From the sequence record OR892555.1: a stretch of 64,000 bases of DNA, one strand, 5' to 3'. This DNA comes from Escherichia phage EP1. This document shows positions 32,668 through 43,371 of the stretch, piece after piece. A program made the position numbers and the translations under genes. The notes below the pieces were generated by a model that was given only the letters and a program-made list of their open reading frames with translations, searched no databases and was not told the DNA's origin. Position 1 is the stretch's first letter. Each line of letters starts with the position of its first letter.

Positions 32668-34020
32668 TTATTCGTAAGCCACTGTACCTTTCAAGTCAAC
32701 ATCCAAGATAGCACCTGCTAAGATACCTGCGAAGGTAACGTCTTTCAGGATACGAGCTTTCTTGTCTGCCAAAGCAACTTGAGAGGCTTTAGGAACATTA
32801 ACTGTATAAGATGACAGGAAGTTTCTGTTAACTGCTCTTTGCAGAGAGGTTTCAATGACCTGACGAATACGGGTAATACCAGTATCATCATAAGTAATCT
32901 TACCACCCTTCTGATTAATTAGCAAGTCTCTAAGAGAAGTTTTCAAGTCAGATTCTAACCAGTCAACACCACGGATGATATCAATCCATTCACCACCAGA
33001 AGTGATACCTCTACGTACAACTGGAACACCGCCATCAAGGTCGATGAAGTTGCAGTGACGTACATCCAAAGCGGATTTCTGAATGCTTGTCAGAGGTCTC
33101 TGGTTAGCTGGCTGAAGAGATGCTTCAACACCAGTCAACTGAGCGTTACCCCAAGCAATGGAACCTGCGTCATATGGAGCACCATAAGCGATGTAAGCCA
33201 TTTCTGGGTAGTCATAACTTGCAGTGTGATGCCATAGGCAAACAGTACGTGTGTACATGCTCTTAGCAAGTTGTGCAGGAACATCAGAAGCTGATGCCAA
33301 TTCAGTACCTTGCAGGGCAGCTACATCAGAGTTAGCTGTGAAGAAAATCTTCTTACGAGCCTGAATCTCAGAAGCCATTGCCAAGACGAACTGTGTAGTT
33401 CTATCTTCAGCAGCAATGAAGTACCAGTCAGTTGAGTACGTTTCAATTGCAGCCAGAGCAGTTGCAGCAGTATCAGCAGTTGTACCAGCGATTGATACAG
33501 TGTTGGTTGTTGATGTAACTTTTACGAAGTCATTGTCACCAGCTTTTGTAACAATCATGGTTGCAGAGCTACCAGTACCTGTTACGTTGATAGTAACATC
33601 ATCTTTGATTGTTTGGTCAGCTTCAATCTGCTCTTTAAACTGCGTCAGTACAATCAGAGCGGTGTCATCAGCTTGAGCAGTGTATTGGTATGGCTGAGAA
33701 ACCCCACCACCTACAGCAACCGTCAGAGAGTAATCTGTGCTTTCAGTTACTTCATCGGGGATTGAAACTGTATACTGCATAGCACGTCTACCAATATATA
33801 GCTGAGTTACTTTTGGAGTCTGACTCCATAGTTGTTTTGCAGCTTTATAAGCAGCAGTACTTTCACCGAAATCTTCAGCAACTTCAGTCAGAGAAGTATA
33901 GCCACGAACCCTTTCTTCAAAGTTGTCTGTTGACGCTAAGAATAATGGTAGACCAAAACCTTCTCTCGTAGTTCCTGCGGTGTTCAATGTAATATCTACA
34001 TTAACAATTGGATTCCACAT
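32668..34020 (-). CDS. tail sheath protein
   Basis: 450 aa preceding tube, chaperones and tape measure; indicates a contractile tail. Confidence 0.65.
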   Translation of the reverse strand: MWNPIVNVDITLNTAGTTREGFGLPLFLASTDNFEERVRGYTSLTEVAEDFGESTAAYKAAKQLWSQTPKVTQLYIGRRAMQYTVSIPDEVTESTDYSLTVAVGGGVSQPYQYTAQADDTALIVLTQFKEQIEADQTIKDDVTINVTGTGSSATMIVTKAGDNDFVKVTSTTNTVSIAGTTADTAATALAAIETYSTDWYFIAAEDRTTQFVLAMASEIQARKKIFFTANSDVAALQGTELASASDVPAQLAKSMYTRTVCLWHHTASYDYPEMAYIAYGAPYDAGSIAWGNAQLTGVEASLQPANQRPLTSIQKSALDVRHCNFIDLDGGVPVVRRGITSGGEWIDIIRGVDWLESDLKTSLRDLLINQKGGKITYDDTGITRIRQVIETSLQRAVNRNFLSSYTVNVPKASQVALADKKARILKDVTFAGILAGAILDVDLKGTVAYE

Positions 34021-34620
34021 TTATTTTACCCCTTTGGAGTCTACATCTAGATGGATAGTATATTCTGGTGGCTCCTGTCCTTCCTCATAAACCAACTCAC
34101 CATCAACGATAACGCACTCAATAATACCGCCACGTTCATCTTTCAAGACTGAGTTCATTACAAGGGTTACAACAAGAGGTGCAGAATTTTCGAAATCTGT
34201 ATTAAGATAAGTGTAATCATTCGGGATAGCTCCAGTATCAAGTACCGTAGCACCTGTCTGTTCAAGCAAGAAATCCCTTGTGGAACTCATCTCTAACCTT
34301 TGTTTTAGCTCCAGCATAATACTGTGAGCACCTTTACCATTTACAGTAATTAGTACGGGAATCTGAAAAGCAATTCGATAACAAACTACATCATCTTCCA
34401 CGAATTTATCAAGTAGCCAACCATAAGGTGTTGTAGCATCTTGGCAGTATACTGTAATGAATGGCTGGTCAGGTTTTAAACCTTTATCGTTAGAGTTGTC
34501 AGAGGGGTAAGCCCTAATAACGTTTGGTCTGTTATTCTTATCACGCGCTAATCGGTGACCAATAACATCTGCCAAAGTTCTGACAATCCCTTTCTCAAGT
34601 TCTGCTGTTTCTAACTGCAT
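34021..34620 (-). CDS. neck / tail completion protein (tentative)
   Basis: Position between head and tail modules. Confidence 0.4.
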   Translation of the reverse strand: MQLETAELEKGIVRTLADVIGHRLARDKNNRPNVIRAYPSDNSNDKGLKPDQPFITVYCQDATTPYGWLLDKFVEDDVVCYRIAFQIPVLITVNGKGAHSIMLELKQRLEMSSTRDFLLEQTGATVLDTGAIPNDYTYLNTDFENSAPLVVTLVMNSVLKDERGGIIECVIVDGELVYEEGQEPPEYTIHLDVDSKGVK

Positions 34621-34996
34621 TCATTTTATCCCTTCTAATAATGATATATTCATAATGGGATGTGTAAGCTAATTGATTTGACCAGTCCATTGTCATAAAT
34701 ACTTCGTACTCGTGACCATCAATCATCACAATATCGGATTCAGTCCAGTCAACATCATCAGATGCTCTCAACTTAGCTACAGTATAAAGGATTCTGGTAT
34801 CAGTCAGACGAATACCTTCCGGTAAGACAATCTGCGTACCATTCTTTACAGAACCCTTAATATATGGCTGGATATTACCTTTGCAGTTAATCTCTACAAT
34901 ATCTTCTGAAGCTACCCAATCACCATCGTTATTGTAATAACCATCTTCAGATACTTTGCGCTTAACTACAAAGCGGTGTCTGTTTAAGAGTCTCAT
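34595..34996 (-). CDS. neck / head-tail joining protein (tentative)
   Basis: Position between head and tail modules. Confidence 0.4.
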   Translation of the reverse strand: MRLLNRHRFVVKRKVSEDGYYNNDGDWVASEDIVEINCKGNIQPYIKGSVKNGTQIVLPEGIRLTDTRILYTVAKLRASDDVDWTESDIVMIDGHEYEVFMTMDWSNQLAYTSHYEYIIIRRDKMNAVRNSRT

Positions 34997-35475
34997 TTCT
35001 TAATACCTTTTTTAGTAGAAATTTTATAAGCAAGCTTGTCTCTCAAATCACCTGTCTCTACAAGAGGTGCGTTAAAACCTTTTTTCTTGACTGTGGAAGG
35101 TGCGTTAGGAGGAAGGATAGCAGTATTACCGAAACCTCTTTTAATTGACTTCTGAGCACTCTTTGCAAATGCTTCCAAAGTATTTGTGGGGTCTACGTTA
35201 AGACTGTTAAGTTGCTTATAGAGATTCTTCTTAGTCTGCTCTAACAAGGTCTGTCTGTTTAGCATCATAGTGATTTCAAACAACCTACGATATACTTTAC
35301 CAGAAGCTGAGGGAACCCCAATAACTTCGTGTAAATACATTAAAGCAGGATAAGAAAAACCAGAGCTATGTTGACCTTGTTCTTGAAAATACCCAACTTG
35401 AGCATTAGCCGTATGCAAGTTCTTCATAGCCCCGACTAATTTAGCTCTAGCGGGGTGAATAACCCTTTTAACCAT
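34993..35475 (-). CDS. head-tail connector/completion protein (tentative)
   Basis: Position between head and tail modules. Confidence 0.4.
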   Translation of the reverse strand: MVKRVIHPARAKLVGAMKNLHTANAQVGYFQEQGQHSSGFSYPALMYLHEVIGVPSASGKVYRRLFEITMMLNRQTLLEQTKKNLYKQLNSLNVDPTNTLEAFAKSAQKSIKRGFGNTAILPPNAPSTVKKKGFNAPLVETGDLRDKLAYKISTKKGIKK

Positions 35476-35927
35476 TATTCATCTCGCTCGATAATAAATA
35501 CGCCATTGACATTAGGGCAGAAGTCTCTACCATGATATCTAGCAGCATCGCCATATTCAGTATATTTCTTGACAGAGCAAGGATTCTGTTGACGTCTGAT
35601 ATCAATATCACACTGACTAATCCCACCCGCATAAGGTAGACCAGACACTGAACTTTTAATCAGGTCGTCGTAGACAGCTTTTAGAGACTTGAATCTGGAA
35701 GAGTTACGTAAGTAAACACCACCAACTTTCTCATCTCCCATCTTGGCTACTTGAAAGAGTAAATATTTAAGAGCTTTGATGGCTGCTTTCTTTTCGTCTT
35801 TACCAGATTCCACATAGAACCACTCTAGCACCGACTGTTCAATAAGAAGTTCATCGTTATTGGTGTCGGTGCAGAGGATTCTTACTCTATCAAGAGGGTT
35901 ATTGGCTGGGTCGCCTGTATAACACAT
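35475..35927 (-). CDS. head completion/adaptor protein (tentative)
   Basis: Immediately downstream of the major capsid gene. Confidence 0.4.
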   Translation of the reverse strand: MCYTGDPANNPLDRVRILCTDTNNDELLIEQSVLEWFYVESGKDEKKAAIKALKYLLFQVAKMGDEKVGGVYLRNSSRFKSLKAVYDDLIKSSVSGLPYAGGISQCDIDIRRQQNPCSVKKYTEYGDAARYHGRDFCPNVNGVFIIERDE

Positions 35928-35948
35928 TTATAACCCTCCTTTCAAGTA

Positions 35949-37061
35949 TTAGTCTTGTGGTGCAGCGTCAGAACGAACGTCTACCAGCAACTGAGGACGT
36001 GTGCAGTATGGCAGCATGTAAGAGTGAGCTTCGAAGTCAATACCTTCGTCACGGTCTTTTTCGTATTCGAATACATACAGTTCCTGACCAAGAGTATTTG
36101 CGTAACCCATCTTCGGACATGGGCCATATGCAACTTCGAAGATGTTGTTAGCTTCACCCAACATAGAAACGTTAGGGAACGCATGACCAACACCTACAGT
36201 GTTTGCTACGCCGTCGATGCTTACCAGAACGTGAGTCTTACCACGCTTATCTTGGAACTTACCGTTGTACTGTACAAACTTCACACCACCGTAGTAGAAT
36301 GTGTTCATATGAGCCTGAACGCCATCAGTACCACCAGTTCTCAGAGAGCCAGTAATCTGCTGCCAAGCCAGTGGAGTCTGCTGTGCAAGGTATGCGTCAC
36401 GAATCTTCGGATGCTTGATAAGCTTGCTGAAGAACAGACGGTCAACAACTACGTGAATTTCTTCACCGTTGATAACTGTACCAATCTTAGCTTCATCTTC
36501 CATGTGCATACGAAGTTCTTCGATAGCAGCGTCGATATCAGCGTTTGGATTGTCAAGGTCAAAGTAAACAGTCTTCTTCTCAACGTCAAACTGCTTGAAC
36601 AGGTCAGCATAAAGAACACCATTAGCGTCGATTACTTTACCCTTCAGAGCTTGCATAAACAAGAACTCACGAGTAATATCGAACTTGGTACGAATCTTCA
36701 TCAGCTTACGAGCACGAACGATAGCTTCAGTAGTCAGTTCGTTTGCAGTGCCTGGGCGACGTACACCCTGAATTTCATCAGGAGTGATGCTTTCAATTTC
36801 TTTGAAATACATCATTGGGAAGCTAATCTGCTTAACTTTCTCTGGAGCGCTCGTTTCAGCTTTGCGGCTGGTACGGTCTACAGCATCCAGTAAGCTAACA
36901 TCAGACTCAGTTAAATCCATCAGGAAAGTGGTCTGAGTGGTTGGAGCAGAACGGAAAAGACCCAAACCGGAAATATAACCGTAAGTATTTGGGATAGACT
37001 GGACTTCACCAGTCAGGTCAGCAAGGAAAAATCTGCTTTGTTCAGAATTGATTAATGCCAT
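35949..37061 (-). CDS. major capsid protein (lambda gpE-like family)
   Basis: 370 aa; C-terminal MLGEANNIFEVAYGPCPK...YMLPYCTRPQLLVDV parallels lambda gpE; preceded by D-like decoration and S49 protease genes. Confidence 0.75.
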   Translation of the reverse strand: MALINSEQSRFFLADLTGEVQSIPNTYGYISGLGLFRSAPTTQTTFLMDLTESDVSLLDAVDRTSRKAETSAPEKVKQISFPMMYFKEIESITPDEIQGVRRPGTANELTTEAIVRARKLMKIRTKFDITREFLFMQALKGKVIDANGVLYADLFKQFDVEKKTVYFDLDNPNADIDAAIEELRMHMEDEAKIGTVINGEEIHVVVDRLFFSKLIKHPKIRDAYLAQQTPLAWQQITGSLRTGGTDGVQAHMNTFYYGGVKFVQYNGKFQDKRGKTHVLVSIDGVANTVGVGHAFPNVSMLGEANNIFEVAYGPCPKMGYANTLGQELYVFEYEKDRDEGIDFEAHSYMLPYCTRPQLLVDVRSDAAPQD

Positions 37062-37091
37062 TATAAAATTCTCCAGAATGTCTTATTGTTA

Positions 37092-37469
37092 TTACAGGCC
37101 AGTTGGTACGAAATCAATGCCTTTCGCTTTAAGAGCAGTCTTAACAGCGTCAGCATCAACACCTTCAGCCAGAGTTAAGAGGTCTTTAAGTTCAGCATCA
37201 CGGAAGATACCAACAACTTTCAACTGACCATGATAAGACAGTTGCAGGTCTGCGTAGAAGTTAACGATGCAAACAGAGTCAGCCTGAGCTTCTTCACCTG
37301 CTGCAACTTTAGTACCATCAGCTTTCAGAACTTCACCTACACGGTAGTCTGTTGAAGCTACTGGTTCATACACTTTACGAGAGTGACCATTTGGTGTAAT
37401 CTGTTCCCAAAGAATGATATCATTCAGTGGTTCTCTGTTACCTAAGTGAGTAAAACCTTGATATGCCAT
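37092..37469 (-). CDS. head decoration protein (lambda gpD-like)
   Basis: 125 aa between protease and capsid genes; LKADGTKVAAGEEAQADSVCIV resembles the gpD core. Confidence 0.5.
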   Translation of the reverse strand: MAYQGFTHLGNREPLNDIILWEQITPNGHSRKVYEPVASTDYRVGEVLKADGTKVAAGEEAQADSVCIVNFYADLQLSYHGQLKVVGIFRDAELKDLLTLAEGVDADAVKTALKAKGIDFVPTGL

Positions 37470-37480
37470 TATGTGTTTCC

Positions 37481-38833
37481 TTAATTGATAAGAGATTTCA
37501 AAGCATTCTGGAGAGCCAGTTTGCGTTGTTCTGCGGTGTCATCAGAAGCCTTTTCAGAAGGTTTTTCTTCATCAACCAGTTCTGCTTCACCGTCATTACC
37601 CATTTCTTCCATTGCATTAGAGTGTTCCAGAACAGCACCAGCAGTTTCTTTCAGCTTAGTGATTTCTGAATCTTTCTCCGACATTGCAGAAGCATGAGCC
37701 GCGATAGTTTCATTTAGTTTCTGGTTAGCACCTTCCATAGCATTCATAAAGAGAACACTCAGAGGGTTGTCAAGACCAGCGCCTAAGATAGCCTGAGCAG
37801 CTTCTGTTGCGTCAAACCCGAAAGCTTCAGCAGAAGCAGAAATCTTACCAGTCAGTTCAGACATAGTTTTTTCCTGTTCTTTTGCTTTCATCTGAGCAAC
37901 CTGAGCGCGTAGAGCCTCTAGTTCTTGCTTTTCTTGTTCAGTCATTTCTTCACCTGAATTGTTAACGTTTAAACTTACAGGAGCTTCGTCAGAACCTTGT
38001 AAGTAATTTAAGAAATCATCTTGAGACATGATTGAATTAATTAAACCAAGTTCAAGAGCTTCCTGAGCAGAATAAACATTCGCCTCAGTATTCTTTACAG
38101 CTTCTTCAGAGATGTTACGTGCATCAGCTACAAAACCTGTGAAGGTGTTATAGGTGTCATTAATTCTCTGTTGAAGTCTTGTTTTGCTTTCTTCTGAGAG
38201 TGCTTGGAATGGAGAACCCAAACCTTTAAATTCACCAGCTTTAATAACGTTAATTGTAACGCCATTCTTTTCAAATGCTTTAGTTAATTCTTGGTGAACC
38301 ATAATTACACCGATTGAACCAACATCTGCATCTGGTGATGCAATTACTTCATCAGCAGAACATGCAAGTGCATATGCAGCGGAACATGCGAACTCATCAA
38401 CATATGCTACAATTTTCTTTTTGCCTCTGGAGGCTACGATGTGACGTGCTAATTCAAAACAACCTGAAGCTTCACCACCACCAGAATCAACGTGCAGTAC
38501 AATTGTCTTAATAGATTCATCTGCTAAAGCTTCGTCGAAGCCTCTGCGTAAACCTTCATAAGAACTTAGACCACCAGTACACATTGCATCCATAAATGTC
38601 ATACGATGTGTTAGGCCACCCATAATAGGAATAATAGCAATGTCGTCTTTGACTTTTAAAAGACTTCTTGCCTCACCTTTAGGTTTGTCGAAATTGACTG
38701 CTGCTTGAACTTCACCTAACAAGCGGTTATTTACATAAGTCGCTGCTGAGTGAGCTAGAGATTCAGTGGCTAGTAAAGGCTGGTTGAATAATCTATCAGC
38801 AAGTCTGAAGATATTCGAACTCATTTTACTCAC
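37481..38833 (-). CDS. prohead protease (S49/SppA-like) with C-terminal scaffold-like coiled-coil region
   Basis: VLHVDSGGGEASG...ACSAAYALACSADEVIASPDADVGSIGV serine protease core; C-terminal Glu/Ala/Lys-rich helical region. Confidence 0.75.
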   Translation of the reverse strand: MSKMSSNIFRLADRLFNQPLLATESLAHSAATYVNNRLLGEVQAAVNFDKPKGEARSLLKVKDDIAIIPIMGGLTHRMTFMDAMCTGGLSSYEGLRRGFDEALADESIKTIVLHVDSGGGEASGCFELARHIVASRGKKKIVAYVDEFACSAAYALACSADEVIASPDADVGSIGVIMVHQELTKAFEKNGVTINVIKAGEFKGLGSPFQALSEESKTRLQQRINDTYNTFTGFVADARNISEEAVKNTEANVYSAQEALELGLINSIMSQDDFLNYLQGSDEAPVSLNVNNSGEEMTEQEKQELEALRAQVAQMKAKEQEKTMSELTGKISASAEAFGFDATEAAQAILGAGLDNPLSVLFMNAMEGANQKLNETIAAHASAMSEKDSEITKLKETAGAVLEHSNAMEEMGNDGEAELVDEEKPSEKASDDTAEQRKLALQNALKSLIN

Positions 38834-38834
38834 C

Positions 38835-39167
38835 CTATTTGTTTAAATCCACCGATACTGAAGCGATAACATAGATACCTTCTTCAGCAAAGAATTGAGG
38901 GCTGCTAAGAGCACCTGTTGCCACGCATTTATCGTTGGCATCCCATAGGCTATAGTGTGAGACCGTTGCAGAAGCTGGCACAGTGATATTAACTGTGTCT
39001 TCTGAGGCAATTAAGCCATTGTTCGGTTCAGAGAAATAAATAGCCACTGGCTGAGTAACCTTATTTGCTGTAGGGTCTGCCGTTGGGTCTACATTGTGTA
39101 AAACAATAGTCGTTGGGGTTAGCGTGGCGAGGATTTTATTCTTACCATCAATAGTTAATGTTCCCAT
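38835..39167 (-). CDS. hypothetical head-module protein (110 aa)
   Basis: ORF track. Confidence 0.35.
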   Translation of the reverse strand: MGTLTIDGKNKILATLTPTTIVLHNVDPTADPTANKVTQPVAIYFSEPNNGLIASEDTVNITVPASATVSHYSLWDANDKCVATGALSSPQFFAEEGIYVIASVSVDLNK

Positions 39168-39667
39168 TAATTGAACCTTACTTTCTGTTTAAGGACTGTT
39201 GAATGGTTACCAGATTCATCCACCACATTTACAATCATATCATATACTTTACCTTTGACAAGTACTTTGTAATCATTTTGTGAAAAAATGTACTCAAGTC
39301 TGTTAGACTCTTTGTTTACTGTCATTGGAGATTGAAATGCTGTGTCAATGGTAATGAACGCAGCTTCAACGCTATTAACGTTTATACGTTTATTCTCACA
39401 GTTATATAACTTTACACCCAAAAGGCATGAACTGTCAAATGGAATTTTAACAATTTCACTACAATTGTTTGAAATAAACGAATTTCCGTCCATTGGGGCA
39501 TCAAGTAACCTGCAAATAGTGAAAACGTTAGAGGTTCCACCATCACTTACATAACCTGAAAGGCTGACCCTTGAGCCAGCCTCCACAGATAATGTATCAG
39601 TAATAACCAGAACACCTCTATACGAATGCACTCGTGTAGCATTTGAAATAGAGATAACTTCAGCCAT
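39167..39667 (-). CDS. hypothetical head-module protein (166 aa)
   Basis: ORF track. Confidence 0.35.
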   Translation of the reverse strand: MAEVISISNATRVHSYRGVLVITDTLSVEAGSRVSLSGYVSDGGTSNVFTICRLLDAPMDGNSFISNNCSEIVKIPFDSSCLLGVKLYNCENKRINVNSVEAAFITIDTAFQSPMTVNKESNRLEYIFSQNDYKVLVKGKVYDMIVNVVDESGNHSTVLKQKVRFN

Positions 39668-41142
39668 TATTTATTTGCCTTATTCGCTGTACTTGGGTCT
39701 TTTGCTGAAGGGGTCTTTGCAGTCCCCTCTCCGGCAGTCTTATAACCATCACCTGAACGACTTTGAGTGTTAGGAGATAATTCTTCAGACACAGGTTGGG
39801 ACTCATCAGCAGGTGGTAAGCCAATGTGTTCTCTAAGCTTGTTAGACAGTTCCTTATCAACTTCCATAGCACCAACTGCAACGGTCTTCTGGATATAAGC
39901 ACCGATAGCTTCAAGGTCTGGAGTTTCAATGTCGTCATAAACGATTTGGACGTGTTCTTCGTCATCCCACATATTCAGAGCGTAAGTCTGTGCTACTAGG
40001 TCACGGTTAATTACGTTTCTGATTTGTTTCAGAAGAATATCTACAGACATTGCAAGTAAACTTGTCTTAGAATCTGCTAAAGAGAATGAACCGTATTTTG
40101 ACTGACCCATTGCAAGAACATCTGACATAAACGCCATCATAATCTGCTTAGAATAACGGTCAATAATAGCTCCAGTATCATAAGCCTTTGCACCCTGTCT
40201 AGACACTAATGAGAACTCAAAGATATCCTCTTTAGTTTCTGGGTCGATGAATCTAGGCCAGATTAAACCTGCTCGGTCATTTGCAATCATATCATTAACT
40301 ACAGATTTGCAGTATTCTACGAAAGCTTTCTTTTCAGGTTCAGCATTCTCATCCAGATAATCAGGTGGTAAACCAATCTTTGGCATACCTACTAAATCTC
40401 TGGAAACACCAACTGCTTCGTACTCTTCAATTTGGACTTTATATTTCCAAGGTACATAAGCATTAAGTAATGGTGAACGACCTTCTGGGTTACCGTATTC
40501 ATCATCATATTTGAACAGCAAGAATTTACTTCTTGGAAGTTTTCTTGTTAATGGCTGTTCAGCCATATTAATAGCTCCAGCAATGTGTGAAACGTTTCTC
40601 AGATTCTGTCTAACACCTGTTACTTTTCGATAGTCTGAATCAAAATACCATTTATCAAGTGTTGATTGGTTTCTGATGGGGAGTTTAGCCCAACCAATTA
40701 AACCATCATTATATCTCGAAGGGTATTTCCCTTTATTACCCTGACGCTTCTTGTAAACTTTCTCATTCACGCAGAATCCGTAAGTGCAGAATGACATTAC
40801 AGAGTTAATAAAGTCAGCCCAATCATGCTCCATGTCATCCATCAGAGAGTTAAAGAAGTCTGCTCGTTCAATCATCTTAGGGTCTTGTTCTTTTCCCTTC
40901 GGAGGAACAAATCTCCAGTTGACTTTTCTAACAAACATCTTAATAATGTTTACAGATGCCGCTACAGCAGGGTCACGCATCATTAGTTGGAAAGTCTTAA
41001 TGCTTTCTGGGAATCTTAAAGCTTGTCTAGGTTCTTCATAGATTCTTCCATTACGAACCTTTAAACCAAGGCTCCCAACCTCACCCATTCTGAATGGAGG
41101 TAGGATTTCTTGTGTTTCTGTAATTTCTGCCATTCTTCTCAC
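39667..41142 (-). CDS. portal protein
   Basis: 491 aa directly downstream of the large terminase gene and upstream of the protease. Confidence 0.65.
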   Translation of the reverse strand: MRRMAEITETQEILPPFRMGEVGSLGLKVRNGRIYEEPRQALRFPESIKTFQLMMRDPAVAASVNIIKMFVRKVNWRFVPPKGKEQDPKMIERADFFNSLMDDMEHDWADFINSVMSFCTYGFCVNEKVYKKRQGNKGKYPSRYNDGLIGWAKLPIRNQSTLDKWYFDSDYRKVTGVRQNLRNVSHIAGAINMAEQPLTRKLPRSKFLLFKYDDEYGNPEGRSPLLNAYVPWKYKVQIEEYEAVGVSRDLVGMPKIGLPPDYLDENAEPEKKAFVEYCKSVVNDMIANDRAGLIWPRFIDPETKEDIFEFSLVSRQGAKAYDTGAIIDRYSKQIMMAFMSDVLAMGQSKYGSFSLADSKTSLLAMSVDILLKQIRNVINRDLVAQTYALNMWDDEEHVQIVYDDIETPDLEAIGAYIQKTVAVGAMEVDKELSNKLREHIGLPPADESQPVSEELSPNTQSRSGDGYKTAGEGTAKTPSAKDPSTANKANK

Positions 41143-41150
41143 CTGAATTG

Positions 41151-42767
41151 TTAACGTCTAAGCCCCTCATAAGGATTGCTTCTCACTAAATCAGTGTGAG
41201 TACCCATAGAAGGTGGCTTGAATAGTTTTACTTCGTTGAGACTGTTGAAAGCATCGCTTGTGGCATCCACTTGGTCATCCTTGGTTTTCCCATCTCCACA
41301 AAAACCTTCCAGTTCTTGGAAATAGGCTTCGTTCCAGCTACCTCTAACGATTTTTACCAATCCTGCTTCAGAAGCAGCAGAGAAACCCGCAAAACGGGTA
41401 ACTTTATCTTTATTGGTTGGTTTGGCTCTTGCACGATAACCTTTCTCGGAAAGTTTTCTGATAAGAGATGTTGCGTAGGATTTACCAGCAGCGCCTGGGT
41501 CTTGAGGAATAAAGATACCAGTACGTTTGCCGTCGCTTTCAGCGGTCAAGTTAATTTGTGTCTCGACTCCAGAAGGTCTATCTCTAAATCTTACTACGTT
41601 CATGACATAATAGCAACCATCTTTTTTAGATTTAGCCATTCTAACACCTGCTGTCCAGTCAGGGTTAGGGTTAACTTCAGAAGGTAAAGTAGCCGCTAAG
41701 TCCCATGCTCTCACGTCAAATACGTCAGGTGGAACTGAATCAACAATCTCACACCATTGTCTTTGCCAATAGTTAGAACCTTCTGCACGAGCTTTCCAGT
41801 TACCAAATCTCAAACGTGCAACGTTTACTGGAGTGTTGTTTTCCAGCTTACCACGATACTTCGGTTCCAAGAAGTCAAGAATTGGGTTATCATCAATCGT
41901 ACCAGAGATAAAGGTATACGTCTGAGGAATCTCCAGAGGGAACATTTCAAGAATCTTGTCTCTATCCCAATCAGATACCATCACACCATCATTCATCACA
42001 TACCAACGAATACGACCACATTTCTCAGGGTCTGGATAACCTTCTTCGTCTAAGAATGGTTCTACCCAATCATAAATGAAGTGGTCTCTGTCTGGGTTCA
42101 TGGAAATCTTCATGTAAGAGTCACCTTCAGCACCAGAACGCAAACGAGTTTGCAGGTATGAAATCTGTGACGCAGAGAAGTGTGTACCTTCGTCAAAGTA
42201 AATTGCTGAGTATTCAATACCCTGATGACCTTCAGCGTGTTTTTCAAGTTCTAAGTAGGTAAACTTGATAGTAGCCCCAGAAGGGAATACAATGGTCATC
42301 TTCTGTTCATGTGGAACACCACCGAACTTACCAAAAAGCTTCTTCGCAGCAGGCCATAAACCACCTTGTAACTGTGTCGTGTTTCGACGGAAGTATACAG
42401 CGTTGTAGTTAGGGTCTTCGATAAATCTGAGTGAATCCATCAGCAAAGCAGCAGTCTTACCAGCACCAGCCGCACCACCATATAGAACTAAGTCAGCATT
42501 TGTGTTAAGAAATACTTCCTGAGAGCCGGGTTGTGGAGCTACATAGTTCTTATCAGTCATAAGTTTAAAGATAAGTCTTACTTGGTCTGGAGTGTATCTT
42601 AATAAAGTCAGAATCTGAGTAGGAAGGAATTTAGAGGGGTCTTTACCAAATGACTTGATAATATCTTTAACTTCATCAGAAAGCCCCAACTCTCCAGCTA
42701 GGACTTTCCTTACATCTTCCACTCGCTTCTGCTTAACAGCATTCAAATCCATTAAGCGCCTCCGCAA
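41151..42767 (-). CDS. terminase large subunit
   Basis: Walker A LYGGAAGAGKTAA; C-terminal RNase H-like nuclease region; 538 aa. Confidence 0.85.
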   Translation of the reverse strand: MRRRLMDLNAVKQKRVEDVRKVLAGELGLSDEVKDIIKSFGKDPSKFLPTQILTLLRYTPDQVRLIFKLMTDKNYVAPQPGSQEVFLNTNADLVLYGGAAGAGKTAALLMDSLRFIEDPNYNAVYFRRNTTQLQGGLWPAAKKLFGKFGGVPHEQKMTIVFPSGATIKFTYLELEKHAEGHQGIEYSAIYFDEGTHFSASQISYLQTRLRSGAEGDSYMKISMNPDRDHFIYDWVEPFLDEEGYPDPEKCGRIRWYVMNDGVMVSDWDRDKILEMFPLEIPQTYTFISGTIDDNPILDFLEPKYRGKLENNTPVNVARLRFGNWKARAEGSNYWQRQWCEIVDSVPPDVFDVRAWDLAATLPSEVNPNPDWTAGVRMAKSKKDGCYYVMNVVRFRDRPSGVETQINLTAESDGKRTGIFIPQDPGAAGKSYATSLIRKLSEKGYRARAKPTNKDKVTRFAGFSAASEAGLVKIVRGSWNEAYFQELEGFCGDGKTKDDQVDATSDAFNSLNEVKLFKPPSMGTHTDLVRSNPYEGLRR

Positions 42768-42773
42768 ATAGAA

Positions 42774-42974
42774 TTATTCAGCAGCAACTTCTTCGGCAGC
42801 CTTAACACCAAACTTTGCATCAACTGCATCTAACAGTTCATCCATATTGGTTTCTTTAATGTCTTTGCCAGTTGCATTAGCCAGACGGTGAGCAACACTG
42901 ATAATAGTGTTCTGCAACAGTTCGGCTCTTTTGTTTGCTTCATAAAGTTCTTTGTAAACATTAGTCTCGTTCAT
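42774..42974 (-). CDS. hypothetical small protein upstream of terminase
   Basis: ORF track with start trimmed to MNETNVYKEL; helical. Confidence 0.3.
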   Translation of the reverse strand: MNETNVYKELYEANKRAELLQNTIISVAHRLANATGKDIKETNMDELLDAVDAKFGVKAAEEVAAE

Positions 42975-43195
42975 TGTATTTCTCCAAAATAATAAGTGAA
43001 TGGCTCTCCTGAAAAAAGACGGTGCAGAGACCGTCAAGGAGAAACCACAATGTATGCCAGAGACATACTGTATAAGTCTTCTTATAAAGTATACATCTGT
43101 AAAAAAGCCCTGTCTAAAAATACTCTTCGGTAGCGAAAGGAAGAATACTCGTAGCAGGGCGTTATTATTTTATTTTGAGAGAGAGTAAAATAATT

Positions 43196-43271
43196 TGGAG
43201 CGTCGAAAGGGAGTCGAACCCTCATAATCCTGTTTTGCAGACAGGTACATAGCCATTTCTGTCATCGACGC
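43196..43271 (-). tRNA. tRNA-Cys (anticodon GCA)
   Basis: Acceptor halves 43200-43206/43265-43271 pair; T-arm AAGGG-AGTCGAA-CCCTC (reverse-complement view); anticodon loop CUGCAAA; CCA encoded. Confidence 0.7.
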
Positions 43272-43277
43272 ATTAAT

Positions 43278-43369
43278 TGGAGGAAGATACCAGACTTGAA
43301 CTGGTACGCCGATTTCTCGGTTACTGACAGTTTAGCAAACTGTCCCCTTACCTTTAGGGTTAATCTTCC
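43278..43369 (-). tRNA. tRNA-Ser (anticodon GCU), long variable arm
   Basis: 92 nt; acceptor GGAAGAT/ATCTTCC; anticodon stem ACAGT/ACTGT with loop UUGCUAA. Confidence 0.7.
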
Positions 43370-43371
43370 AA

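Noticed and set aside
35955-36893. 312-aa plus-strand ORF antisense to the major capsid gene
   Set aside because: Fully contained in the well-supported capsid gene on the opposite strand; low-complexity translation with no upstream RBS. Judged a chance antisense frame.
43141-43195. T-rich stretch before the first tRNA as a possible terminator
   Set aside because: No convincing GC-rich hairpin precedes the T-run; more likely just AT-rich spacer.
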